Source: a virus. From it: a stretch of DNA of 64,000 nucleotides. Both the position numbers and the translations under genes were made by a program. The stretch lies in IMG/VR virus record IMGVR_UViG_3300037089_000506; one strand, written 5' to 3'. The notes beneath the pieces are model-generated. The model searched no databases. It saw nothing but the letters and a program-made list of their open reading frames with translations, and had not been told where the DNA came from. Shown here in pieces: positions 18,219-27,398 of this stretch (position 1 is its first letter; every line of letters begins with the position of its first letter).

Positions 18219-18564
18219 TTTGTGCCTCCTTTATTTCTAAATCTAATATTTTTTCTTTCTCTTCCTTCTTTCTTTTTGCTTCTTCTATTTTATATATTTG
18301 TCTCTCTATTTCTTTTACTCTTTTAGCATGAGTCTTGTTTCGTAGTTTTTGTATCTCTTGTGGGGTTCTACCCTTGCGAACTGATTTAGGTAAATGAGTA
18401 TTCCTAATATCCAATTCAAGTTGTAATCTTGAAGCTTCTTCTTCTGGTGTTTCTTCAGGAGTTTTTATTTCTACTTTTTCTTGAGGTTTTACCTCAATAG
18501 TAGGTTCTATTACTTCAGCATGTATCTCTTCCATTATTTTATCCTTCTCCTTAATTTTCGCCAT
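18208..18564 (-). CDS. Charged coiled-coil hypothetical protein
   Basis: Lys/Glu-rich ORF. Confidence 0.5.
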   Translation of the reverse strand: MAKIKEKDKIMEEIHAEVIEPTIEVKPQEKVEIKTPEETPEEEASRLQLELDIRNTHLPKSVRKGRTPQEIQKLRNKTHAKRVKEIERQIYKIEEAKRKKEEKEKILDLEIKEAQNSL

Positions 18565-18680
18565 TGTATAGGCTTATTTTCCATTTTTAAATGTTTTTCA
18601 GGCTTACCCACTTCAATATTGAGAGGATAGCCAAACGCTCTTGTTTCCTTTATTCGCTCTTTCTCAGATAATATCTTCAT
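18534..18680 (-). CDS. Small basic hypothetical protein (48 aa), missed by the ORF track
   Basis: AGGAGG RBS, ATG 18680 (MKILSEKERIKETRAFGYP...). Confidence 0.45.
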   Translation of the reverse strand: MKILSEKERIKETRAFGYPLNIEVGKPEKHLKMENKPIQWRKLRRRIK

Positions 18681-18699
18681 TTTTCCTCCTTATATTTAT

Positions 18700-19689
18700 T
18701 TACATAAACTCAATCTCTTCACCAAAACCACCCTGTTCCCTATACTCTTTCACTGTCATATTTAGTATAGTTGGTATTTCATCCACATCTTTTATGGCAG
18801 GATTAGATAAATACCATACATGTAAATTACCTTTATATATTTCTTTTAATTTGACTGCCATTTCATACCCAGCATCATCCATATCTCTAACTAAAGTAAT
18901 TGAAGGAAACTGTTGGAGCTGCTTTAGTTGAAAATCTGAAAATAAGCATCCCATAGTAGTAGTAGAGTTGGCAAAAAAAGTATCAGTACGAGCTACAGCC
19001 ATTTTTATTAGTCCCTCAAATAAGTATAGTGTTTCTGCACAGTTTTGTCTATACCACTCATATAAAGGTTTAATTCCTTTTTTAGGATAAAGACATTTTA
19101 GAGTATCACTCCCGTTAATTTCTCTACCTTCCACATTTATATAGTTGCCATCTTCATCATAGACAGGAATGATAATTCTATCTACAAAATGAGTACCATT
19201 TATATATGCCTCCTTACAATACATAAACTGCATAGCATCAGCTACATCCTTAGATATGCCTCGTCTTTTTATATATCCTAAAGCCTTATCAGAATTGTAG
19301 TAAGGAATAAACCTACCTCGAATATCAAGAGAAGAAAATACTTTTCTAACTAATGGTTTCTCATAGGGTTCAGAGGGATTTAAAGTATCCCAATCATCCA
19401 TTTTATTTAAAACTACTGTTATTGGTTTACCAAAGGCTTCATATTCACGAGAGAGCGCACTTAGGCTACCACCTTTACCACATTGAAAACAATAGTATTG
19501 CCCTCGACTGAAACTAACACTCAATGAAGGATTCCAGTCCTCATGAAAAGGACATTCAATTACAGCAGTATCTTGACTTATTGACTTTACTTTCAAGCCC
19601 TTATGACGAATGAGAAGTTTAATAAATTCAAAATAATCATTGGTATTCAATCTTGACAATTTATAGTCCTCACATAGAGTATAAGACAA
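18700..19689 (-). CDS. DNA primase (CHC2 zinc finger plus TOPRIM); probable start TTG 19659
   Basis: CPFHEDWNPS...YCFQCG, RIIIP, FEG and DMDDAG. GAGGA lies 7 nt before TTG 19659. Confidence 0.85.
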   Translation of the reverse strand: MSYTLCEDYKLSRLNTNDYFEFIKLLIRHKGLKVKSISQDTAVIECPFHEDWNPSLSVSFSRGQYYCFQCGKGGSLSALSREYEAFGKPITVVLNKMDDWDTLNPSEPYEKPLVRKVFSSLDIRGRFIPYYNSDKALGYIKRRGISKDVADAMQFMYCKEAYINGTHFVDRIIIPVYDEDGNYINVEGREINGSDTLKCLYPKKGIKPLYEWYRQNCAETLYLFEGLIKMAVARTDTFFANSTTTMGCLFSDFQLKQLQQFPSITLVRDMDDAGYEMAVKLKEIYKGNLHVWYLSNPAIKDVDEIPTILNMTVKEYREQGGFGEEIEFM

Positions 19690-19705
19690 AAAATAAAAAA
19701 GTCAA
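19678..19705 (-). promoter_or_regulatory. Possible sigma70-type promoter for primase
   Basis: TTGACT-N16-TATACT. Confidence 0.45.
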
Positions 19706-19708
19706 GTA

Positions 19709-20209
19709 CTACCTACCACCGCCTTTCCTACCCAAAAAACGTGAGATAAATCCTTCCCTGTCAGTATCCTTCTTCTCTAAAGATACTGTTAGATTCTCTA
19801 CGGAACTTTTAGATGGAGCATTGAACCCCATCTTATTCAGTGCATCTAATAGAGGTGTCTTCTCTGTCAGCATATGCTTTACAGGCTTTTTAGTTTTTTT
19901 ACTATCAACTAAATTTTGAATTGAATCTAAGTAAGGAGCATCAGCTTCACTATGAGGGGTTAGATGAGTTACTGTCATATCTACAGTGTTTAATAAGTGA
20001 AAAGAAGTATCTCGCATACTTTCATATACATCATGAACTAGGGAAGGATAATGGTCCTTTATCATTTGCATAAAAGAATCCATATTCATTAGTCTTCTTG
20101 AAGGTGATCCATCCATATAGTACCACGTTGCGTTGCGGTCTAACCAATTCTGGTAAATGAGATACTGGAATTGAATTTCTGGATATTTAAACCTACCATA
20201 CTCATCCAT
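19709..20209 (-). CDS. Hypothetical protein
   Basis: ATG 20209 overlaps the stop of the GIY-YIG gene. Confidence 0.5.
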   Translation of the reverse strand: MDEYGRFKYPEIQFQYLIYQNWLDRNATWYYMDGSPSRRLMNMDSFMQMIKDHYPSLVHDVYESMRDTSFHLLNTVDMTVTHLTPHSEADAPYLDSIQNLVDSKKTKKPVKHMLTEKTPLLDALNKMGFNAPSKSSVENLTVSLEKKDTDREGFISRFLGRKGGGR

Positions 20210-21062
20210 AATAATATTCCCACTGGTAGTTACCAGTTTGTTTTTGTTTACCTTTACAACATTTTGTAATTGCACTATTATCTACATTATATTTTCCTGC
20301 TGCTAACTTAATATAAGCAAAAACTTCTCCGGTAGTAATACACCTAACCTGTCTACACCCTACATTTTTTTGGCCTAGCTTACACTCTCTTAATTTTTGT
20401 TTAGTTATTTCAGAGCGAGGTACCCCTAATTTACTCTGACTTATTTTTCTTTTATGCTCTTCAGACTTAGGATTATGCATATGTTGTTTATGCTTTTCAG
20501 TTTTAGGCTTTCCTTTACTGGCTAAACTCATTTTACTTTTTGTTTCAGTGGATATTGTTTTCCCCTTATGAAGATTACTTAATCTTTCCTTTGTTTCCTT
20601 AGAATGATGCTTACCCAGCATATTTAAATTTCCTACATGAGCTTTACCCATTAGTTTTTTTTCTTCTTCAGTATGCTTTCTACCATAATTTGGATTTTTA
20701 TCTCCTGCAAACCTTCCCTTCAATGATACAGATATTTTATTCCTAACTTCTTGATTCGGGCTGTTACCTATCTCTCCTCCTAAAGTCATATTATACCCTA
20801 ATTCCTTAAAATTAGTCCCAAACATTTCAATATAAATTTGTTCTAGCATACAAGCTTCTTCATCCGTTTGAGCTATGTCTAGCGTTTTCCAACAAAATTT
20901 ATTAAACCCATGCTTTCTTATAGAAGTATAAAATAGAGTATTAGTCCCACTTTTAGCATGGGACTTATGGCCTAATATTCTATTTCTTAGGTTTTGTTTA
21001 GTTTTTCCAATATATATTTTATTATTCACCATGTTAATAGCACAATATATTATTATACTCAT
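20202..21062 (-). CDS. GIY-YIG homing endonuclease with multiple NUMOD3 repeats
   Basis: IIYC...IYIGKT, EQIYI and GYNMTLGG; repeats of KHTEEEK, KHHSKETK and KSEEHKRKIS. Confidence 0.85.
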   Translation of the reverse strand: MSIIIYCAINMVNNKIYIGKTKQNLRNRILGHKSHAKSGTNTLFYTSIRKHGFNKFCWKTLDIAQTDEEACMLEQIYIEMFGTNFKELGYNMTLGGEIGNSPNQEVRNKISVSLKGRFAGDKNPNYGRKHTEEEKKLMGKAHVGNLNMLGKHHSKETKERLSNLHKGKTISTETKSKMSLASKGKPKTEKHKQHMHNPKSEEHKRKISQSKLGVPRSEITKQKLRECKLGQKNVGCRQVRCITTGEVFAYIKLAAGKYNVDNSAITKCCKGKQKQTGNYQWEYYYG

Positions 21063-21086
21063 GCATAGTTAGTATGAATTAGCTAA

Positions 21087-21275
21087 TCAGTCACCTCCCG
21101 GCCCATTCATAATAAAATTCACTACCTTATCTCTTTTTTCTTTCTCAGACATTTTAGATACAACTTCATCTTGATATTTTACTATTTTAGTTAGTTTATC
21201 ATAATATGCCTGTCCATGCTCATCAATTATTTCTTGTTCAGAATTTAGAAACTTAAATTCATTTTCTTCGAGCAT
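21087..21275 (-). CDS. Hypothetical protein
   Basis: GGAGG RBS. Confidence 0.5.
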   Translation of the reverse strand: MLEENEFKFLNSEQEIIDEHGQAYYDKLTKIVKYQDEVVSKMSEKEKRDKVVNFIMNGPGGD

Positions 21276-21294
21276 TATACCTCCTTATTATGTT

Positions 21295-21816
21295 TTATAG
21301 AGCTGTATCCGTTGACCCTAAAGCTCCAATTCCTCGTTCTGTTATTGTATTAAAAATCTCACTTTCTTTTACTATTTTTATTTCATCATAGAATACAGGC
21401 ACCCTTACCACTTGGGTTAATTTCTGTTCAGGCAGAATAATAGTAGCCAAGTCGGAATAGTTCTGCATACTGATGAACAGCTCACCCTGATAATCTTGAT
21501 CAATATTACATGCCAATAATGTTAATCTAGGCTCCCAGGATATTGAACCTCTATTTAGAGCAATAAGAGTAGAATCCTCCTGCTCTAAAAAATTTACTAG
21601 TAATCCTGTAGGAATCATTACTTGTCCATGAGGGTATACAAAAATATTATGATGTGAATCATCGTAGTATGCCATAGAACGGGCGTGGTTATTTCTGGAA
21701 TTAAACGTCTTTATGAAAGCATCATCCATCTTAGGACAAAAAATATCTATACCTGAAGATTTCGAAGTACCTCTAGAAGGAATACGAGTATCACGAATCA
21801 GAGCAAATTCAATCAT
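21295..21816 (-). CDS. dut: Trimeric dUTPase
   Basis: SGIDI, RGS, NIDQDYQGEL, LTQ and RGIGALGST correspond to motifs 1-5. Confidence 0.9.
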   Translation of the reverse strand: MIEFALIRDTRIPSRGTSKSSGIDIFCPKMDDAFIKTFNSRNNHARSMAYYDDSHHNIFVYPHGQVMIPTGLLVNFLEQEDSTLIALNRGSISWEPRLTLLACNIDQDYQGELFISMQNYSDLATIILPEQKLTQVVRVPVFYDEIKIVKESEIFNTITERGIGALGSTDTAL

Positions 21817-21834
21817 TATAATTCTCCTTACTAT

Positions 21835-21863
21835 ATATTAGTATATATGCTTAAAATTGTCAA
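21835..21863 (-). promoter_or_regulatory. Sigma70-type promoter for dut
   Basis: TTGACA-N17-TAATAT. Confidence 0.6.
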
Positions 21864-21866
21864 CAG

Positions 21867-21883
21867 GGAGGAGAATCCTCCCT
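21867..21883. other. GC-rich hairpin next to the dut promoter
   Basis: GGGAGGA-GAA-TCCTCCC. Confidence 0.5.
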
Positions 21884-21970
21884 AATATTAATCTTATTAT
21901 ATTTATTGTATTATACTAATAATGTTACCCTAGTATATGAAGATTCATATATTCAAACCATCAATACTTC

Positions 21971-21992
21971 TATATAGTAGAATTACTATATA
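21971..21992. repeat. Perfect 9-bp inverted repeat in the divergent intergenic region
   Basis: TATATAGTA-GAAT-TACTATATA. Confidence 0.6.
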
Positions 21993-22041
21993 AGTAGACA
22001 AAACTAAATAGAAAGACTACTCTCTATATAAGGAGATACCT

Positions 22042-22359
22042 ATGGGCTCACTAAATTCCGTTGTTATTGAAGGTATTGCTACGTATGAACCTAAAGTTCA
22101 TGTTACTTCTACTCAAAATCTTGTTGTTTCTTTTATTATTAGCTGCACTCGCACCTATAAAGTAGATGAAGAGTATAAAAAAGAAATCTCCTATTTCATG
22201 GTAGAAGCATGGGGAGACATAGCTACAGTAGCCAAAGAGAAAGTAAAATATGGTGTTCCTGTACGAGTCATAGGTAGACTAAAGCAAGATAGATGGGATT
22301 CAGCAGAGGGAGAACATCTAACCCGAGTTAAGATAATGGCATCCAGTATAGACTATTGA
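22042..22359 (+). CDS. ssb: Bacterial-type single-stranded DNA-binding protein, OB fold only
   Basis: LNSVVIEG...SFII...VEAWG...VRVIGRLKQDRW; no acidic C-terminal tail. Confidence 0.85.
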   Translation: MGSLNSVVIEGIATYEPKVHVTSTQNLVVSFIISCTRTYKVDEEYKKEISYFMVEAWGDIATVAKEKVKYGVPVRVIGRLKQDRWDSAEGEHLTRVKIMASSIDY

Positions 22360-22384
22360 CAATCACTACCATCTGTGGTATACT
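22356..22384 (+). promoter_or_regulatory. Sigma70-type promoter with extended -10
   Basis: TTGACA-N17-TATACT preceded by TGG. Confidence 0.7.
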
Positions 22385-22403
22385 CTTTTGTGGAGGATCA
22401 AAA

Positions 22404-22691
22404 ATGGCATATCTCAAGATAACTGATGTAAGTGGAATTGAATATGATTTACAAGTTTTAGACGAAGATAGAAATATTCTCATATCCAAAGAATTTGGAA
22501 GATTTATTCCCTTAGAGGAGTTTACAAAAATTGAAATTGGGGGATATGAAGATAAAATATCTGATTTAGAATCAGATGTTGAAGATGCTAAAGATGCTGT
22601 TATTGATGCTGAAGATGAAGCCTTTGTGTATAAGGAAAGGGCTGAAGAATGGGAAAATAAATATAATATTCTACTTAAGGAACATTCATGA
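22404..22691 (+). CDS. Acidic coiled-coil hypothetical protein
   Basis: GGAGG RBS before ATG 22404. Confidence 0.55.
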   Translation: MAYLKITDVSGIEYDLQVLDEDRNILISKEFGRFIPLEEFTKIEIGGYEDKISDLESDVEDAKDAVIDAEDEAFVYKERAEEWENKYNILLKEHS

Positions 22692-24745
22692 TACAATTCT
22701 TAGATTTAAAAAACTGGATGAATATTTCTGATGCTCATTTAGAATTTATTGAGGGTATAAATCTAATCCAAGGTATTGTTGGTTCAGGTAAATCAGCAGT
22801 ATTTGCTGCTATAGCCTACGCCATTTCTGATTATAGGCGAGGAGATACATGGAGAGAATATATCAAGACTGGTGAAAAGTTTTTTGAGATTAGACTCGGC
22901 TATGTATTCGGAAACAATAAAGAGTCACCTATGGTACTGGTCATTAGGGGTGATACCGGAAGGGCTTCAGTTTCAAAAGAAGCATCATATAAAGGTAATA
23001 CCTATAAAAATTCAGAAGTTGACCAATTCCTTGGATTAAAGTTCGACTTGGATATTATGAGTAAAGTCATATTCAATCTCCAAGGTAAGCAACCATTAGC
23101 ATTAATGACACCAACAGAGAGAAGAGATATATTCAAGAAATTATTTAATTCAGATTTTATAGATATTGTAGAGAAAATAAAAATTGATAAGGACGAAATA
23201 CAGAAATCTATAATAGCAAAAAAAGCAGGAATAAATGCATTAAAAAATATGGAGTATCCCTTGTTTAGAGTTATTTCAGTGGATGAATCAGAATTAACTC
23301 AATTACAAGATGAATTAAAACAGGCGCATCTAACAGAGTATCTTTATGAGAAATTGGATATATATACTGATAAGTTAAATCAGTTAAATTCAACCCAACA
23401 AAAAATAGAAAAAGCTCAAAGAGAAGTTCAAAATTATTTGGTAAGAGAAGAAAGAACAAAAGAAATGCTAATTAAAATCCAAACGGATTATGAAGTAAAG
23501 AAAAATGAAATACAGCCTTTAATAGAGTCTATAGAAAGAATAAAAATATATATAGTACATAATAAGAAAGAAATGGATGGGTATAAATCCAAATTTAATA
23601 TAGAAGAAGTATATAAAGATTTACAAACCCAAGAAAACAAATTAATAGAATTAAAATCAGAAATAAGTATAAATAAAAAGTATTTAGAGACACATAAAAA
23701 AGGGAAATGTACAGAATGTGGTCAAGACTGCTCAATAGAGGGAATAGAAAAATTTACTAGTATTATTACTAAGTTCAATGAAGAAAAATTCCATATTGAA
23801 ACTAATATTACTATAGATAAAGGAACAATACAGAATTATGAAGAGGAAATGAAAAAATCTGACCGTATAGATTTAGATTATAAACAAGAAATAGAAAAAA
23901 AGGAAAATGAACTGGGGTATATTAGGCAAACCTTATCAGGGTATGAAGCCCGTATGGAGGAGATAAAAGAAGAGCTTATTCAACATAGTATTAGTATAGA
24001 TACTGCTCAAAAAAATATTAATGATACTCAAAAGGAAATGGTTAAGATTCAAGAATGGCTAGAAATAAATCCTAAACCTGAAATTAACGAAGCTACTAAT
24101 AAGTCTGTAAAAGATATTCAGGCTGCTATTGATGATATTCAGAAAAGAATTCAAAGCAATATAACTAAAGCTGAGATGAATGAGAAGTCAAAAAAAGCTA
24201 AAGAAAAAGATGAGAATACTATTATTAATTTGAACTTGGAGATAAATGCATTAGAGTCTAAAGTGAATAACCTCAATCTGGTTAATCAGATTTATACTAT
24301 TGACTTCCCTTCCTTTATTAATATGAAGGCGTGTAAGCTTCTAGAGTCTCATATGAATAGTTTCTTTGCTACTACTAAGGATCATTTTGAGGTAGCATTG
24401 CAATCTGACAAAAAAGGAATTTCATTCTATTATAAATCTAATTTAGAACCAGAATGGAGAAGTTTGAGGATGGTTTCCGGCTTTGAATCAGCGTTATCTA
24501 CATTAGGGTTTAATGTATCTGTAGCTCGTGCTTTTGGTTCTGACATGATTTTCTTAGATGAGCCTGAAGCAAATGCAGACCCACAAACAGCGGAAAAGCT
24601 GTTCGAAACAATAGCTTCCATAGGGGGCTTTAAGCAACTATTTGTAATTACACATAAAGAAAATGTACTCCCTATCCTTAGATATCAAGGAGCTAAAATC
24701 TATAAGGTAAAGGGAGGGGTATTTGAAAATAACATAGACTACTAA
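22688..24745 (+). CDS. SbcC/Rad50/gp46-like SMC ATPase
   Basis: GIVGSGKS, coiled coil with zinc hook CTECGQ, signature VSGFE, Walker B FLDEPE and H-loop ITH. Confidence 0.9.
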   Translation: MIQFLDLKNWMNISDAHLEFIEGINLIQGIVGSGKSAVFAAIAYAISDYRRGDTWREYIKTGEKFFEIRLGYVFGNNKESPMVLVIRGDTGRASVSKEASYKGNTYKNSEVDQFLGLKFDLDIMSKVIFNLQGKQPLALMTPTERRDIFKKLFNSDFIDIVEKIKIDKDEIQKSIIAKKAGINALKNMEYPLFRVISVDESELTQLQDELKQAHLTEYLYEKLDIYTDKLNQLNSTQQKIEKAQREVQNYLVREERTKEMLIKIQTDYEVKKNEIQPLIESIERIKIYIVHNKKEMDGYKSKFNIEEVYKDLQTQENKLIELKSEISINKKYLETHKKGKCTECGQDCSIEGIEKFTSIITKFNEEKFHIETNITIDKGTIQNYEEEMKKSDRIDLDYKQEIEKKENELGYIRQTLSGYEARMEEIKEELIQHSISIDTAQKNINDTQKEMVKIQEWLEINPKPEINEATNKSVKDIQAAIDDIQKRIQSNITKAEMNEKSKKAKEKDENTIINLNLEINALESKVNNLNLVNQIYTIDFPSFINMKACKLLESHMNSFFATTKDHFEVALQSDKKGISFYYKSNLEPEWRSLRMVSGFESALSTLGFNVSVARAFGSDMIFLDEPEANADPQTAEKLFETIASIGGFKQLFVITHKENVLPILRYQGAKIYKVKGGVFENNIDY

Positions 24746-24755
24746 AAGGAGCATC

Positions 24756-25217
24756 ATGAATAAGAGGTTTTCACGTAAGTTATACGAAGAGAATGATAAA
24801 AAAGGTAAGGAAGTTGCAATACAGTTTTTAAGGCAATTAGGTTATGGAGATTTAGACCCTACAGAGATGCTGAAAGATGGCGATATTCAAATGAAATTAA
24901 ATGGGCATAATTATATTGCTGAAGTAGAAATAAAATCTCAATGGAAGAATGAATCTAATTGGCAGACAATATGGCCAGATATCAGGGTTCCTCATAGGAA
25001 GGCAACGAGTAAGGCTAATTTTTATGTTATGTTCAATCATAATTGTACATGTTTAGGCATGATTGATATGAGTATAATAAAGGAATCTAAAATAACCCAA
25101 GTATCAAATAGGTTCATGGATAATGAGGATTTCTTTTCTATTCCTTATCAGCAGTGGACATTCTACCGGAGAGTAGAGACGGGCTGGGAGACTATTGACA
25201 ATTCACTAGAAGTTTAG
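24756..25217 (+). CDS. PD-(D/E)XK-type phage nuclease
   Basis: GDI...AEVEIK...VPHRK. Confidence 0.5.
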   Translation: MNKRFSRKLYEENDKKGKEVAIQFLRQLGYGDLDPTEMLKDGDIQMKLNGHNYIAEVEIKSQWKNESNWQTIWPDIRVPHRKATSKANFYVMFNHNCTCLGMIDMSIIKESKITQVSNRFMDNEDFFSIPYQQWTFYRRVETGWETIDNSLEV

Positions 25218-25223
25218 TATAGT
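25195..25223 (+). promoter_or_regulatory. Sigma70-type promoter of the radical SAM operon
   Basis: TTGACA-N17-TATAGT. Confidence 0.7.
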
Positions 25224-25240
25224 AATATAAGGAGCCTAAC

Positions 25241-26329
25241 ATGGCGATGAGCACCATAGTCAAGAATGTGAAATATTATAAGTCTAATAATTATAATTAT
25301 ACTTTTAATATGAAAACAGGACATTTCATGCGATGGGGTAGAACCATAAGTGATGATCCTCTATATTCTCCCTATGGTCCAGAAATACTAGATATTGAAA
25401 TAGCTTCTGGGGGTTGCAAGGGCGGCTGTCAATTTTGCTATAAGGGTAATCAACCTAATCTTCCTATAGAGTATATGGATATAGATACATATATAAAACT
25501 TTTTGAAAAAATAAATGTTCCTACTCTAACTCAAATAGCTTTTGGAATAACTGATATTGATGCTAATCCTGACTTTTGGAATATATTAAAATATACGAGG
25601 GATAGAGATATTATCCCTAATTATACTACTAATGGTATTGATGTTACTGAAGAAGTTGCAAAAAAAACAAAAGAATTATGTGGCGCTGTAGCTGTAAGTG
25701 TTTACAAGCATAATAAAGAAACAGCATATAACGCAATTAAGCTTTATACTGATACTGGCATGGACCAAGTAAATATACATTTTATGCTAGCTAAAGAGAC
25801 TTTAGATTTTGCTCATGAGGTTCTCCATGATATGAATGAAGACCCCCGGCTACGGAATATGAACGCTATTGTATTCTTACAATATAAGGATAAAAACCCT
25901 AAAGCCCATTATCATCCTCCTTCATTTCAAGAGTTTAAAACTTTAGTGGATTTTTGTTTATCTGATATGGTTAAATTTGGTTTTGATTCTTGCTCTTCTG
26001 CAATGTTCATGAAAGCAGTAGCAGATAGAGAAGATGCAGAAAAACTAATTCAATCAGTAGATAATTGTGAATCTACTTTGTTCTCTTTTTATATTGATGT
26101 TGATGGCAATGGCTACCCATGCTCATTTTTACAAGGACAAACTGAAGAGTGGAAAGAGGGTATTGACATTTTATCAATAGAGGATTATATTAAAGATGTA
26201 TGGTTCAATCCACGAGTAATACAATATAGAAAAACTCTATTGAATTCAAGTAAAAATTGTAATTGTAAGTATAGTGGAATGTGTAGGTCATGTTTTGTCT
26301 ATGATGTTAATGATTGTAAGGATAGATAA
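25241..26329 (+). CDS. Radical SAM enzyme with SPASM/Twitch-like C-terminus
   Basis: CKGGCQFC (CxxxCxxC); CES...IDVDGNGYPCSF; C-terminal CNC...CRSC...C. Confidence 0.9.
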   Translation: MAMSTIVKNVKYYKSNNYNYTFNMKTGHFMRWGRTISDDPLYSPYGPEILDIEIASGGCKGGCQFCYKGNQPNLPIEYMDIDTYIKLFEKINVPTLTQIAFGITDIDANPDFWNILKYTRDRDIIPNYTTNGIDVTEEVAKKTKELCGAVAVSVYKHNKETAYNAIKLYTDTGMDQVNIHFMLAKETLDFAHEVLHDMNEDPRLRNMNAIVFLQYKDKNPKAHYHPPSFQEFKTLVDFCLSDMVKFGFDSCSSAMFMKAVADREDAEKLIQSVDNCESTLFSFYIDVDGNGYPCSFLQGQTEEWKEGIDILSIEDYIKDVWFNPRVIQYRKTLLNSSKNCNCKYSGMCRSCFVYDVNDCKDR

Positions 26330-26538
26330 TGAAAGCAATTATTATTGAGGAATGTCGCTTTGCTGAGATTAGAGATGTACTAGATCTTCAAGCACAGAAG
26401 ATTTCAGAAGAAAATCCTAATCCTGAAATATGGGATAATGAATTGTGGAAAACTGTTGTATTAAAAGTATACAGAAATATCAATTATTATTTTGTTCGGT
26501 GGGCACAGGAACAGGGTGCTTCTGGTCTACATAAATAG
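26329..26538 (+). CDS. Hypothetical protein
   Basis: TAATG coupling with the radical SAM gene. Confidence 0.55.
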   Translation: MKAIIIEECRFAEIRDVLDLQAQKISEENPNPEIWDNELWKTVVLKVYRNINYYFVRWAQEQGASGLHK

Positions 26539-26548
26539 GGGGATTATA

Positions 26549-26908
26549 ATGAAAATTAGAGAAGGCTTTGTATCTAACAGTTCATCATCTTCATTTATTA
26601 TTGTTTGTAAATCTGTTACAATAGAAAATATTGATGATACTGATATTTGGTTTGAGGGTCATGGTTTGAGTGAGGGTATAGATTTTTTTGAGTTGGAGCC
26701 TGAAACTAAAGAAATAATCAAGACTAGGGGATTACCAGAGGATTGTTATCTACTTAAAGTAGCTAAGTATTCCTGTGAATATGATATGAATATTGATGAT
26801 GATTTCTCTTCCTTAGCAAAAAAAGGATATACAATTAAATCTATTGAAGTTGACAATTGGACATCTCAAGAGGCAGGTATATTTGAGGAGGAATACTATG
26901 AAGAGTAG
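26549..26908 (+). CDS. SNSS-motif protein 1
   Basis: Starts MKIREGFVSNSSSSSFII. Confidence 0.75.
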   Translation: MKIREGFVSNSSSSSFIIVCKSVTIENIDDTDIWFEGHGLSEGIDFFELEPETKEIIKTRGLPEDCYLLKVAKYSCEYDMNIDDDFSSLAKKGYTIKSIEVDNWTSQEAGIFEEEYYEE

Positions 26909-27398
26909 GGAAGGATTTGTATCAAATTCAAGTTCAAGTTCTTTTATTATTGGATATGGAATAATTAAGGACGAAAATTCTTTTAAGTCCTATATTAAAA
27001 AGAATAAAATCATAATAGATGGAACACAGGATTATAACACATATCAGAGTGAAGATTGGAATAGTATTATTAGCGTATTTGATACTTTTTATGAAATGAA
27101 AGCAGACAATAGAATTCTTTGTGGGGGAAATGATACTGAACTATTAGTCCCACAGAGCCTTAATAATTATTGGAATAAGAGAATAGCTATTGTAGAAATT
27201 CATAATGATGAAGGTGATGGCCCTCCTTTTATTTATGAAGAGAATGAAATGGATGGAACAGGTAACTTTAACTACGAAGTCGCCAAAAAAGAATCTTTTT
27301 ATTCTGAACGACAGCAATCTATTATCAATCTTTTCAAAGAAGAAACAGGTATATTGACAGATTGTAAAGTAGTTATTGGTGCGGAGAGAAATGGATGA
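26898..27398 (+). CDS. SNSS-motif protein 2
   Basis: Starts MKSREGFVSNSSSSSFII after a GAGGAGG RBS. Confidence 0.75.
   Translation: MKSREGFVSNSSSSSFIIGYGIIKDENSFKSYIKKNKIIIDGTQDYNTYQSEDWNSIISVFDTFYEMKADNRILCGGNDTELLVPQSLNNYWNKRIAIVEIHNDEGDGPPFIYEENEMDGTGNFNYEVAKKESFYSERQQSIINLFKEETGILTDCKVVIGAERNG

Noticed and set aside
19653-19685. + strand TTGACA as a promoter
   Set aside because: There is no -10 element at 16-18 nt spacing, and it lies antisense within the primase start.
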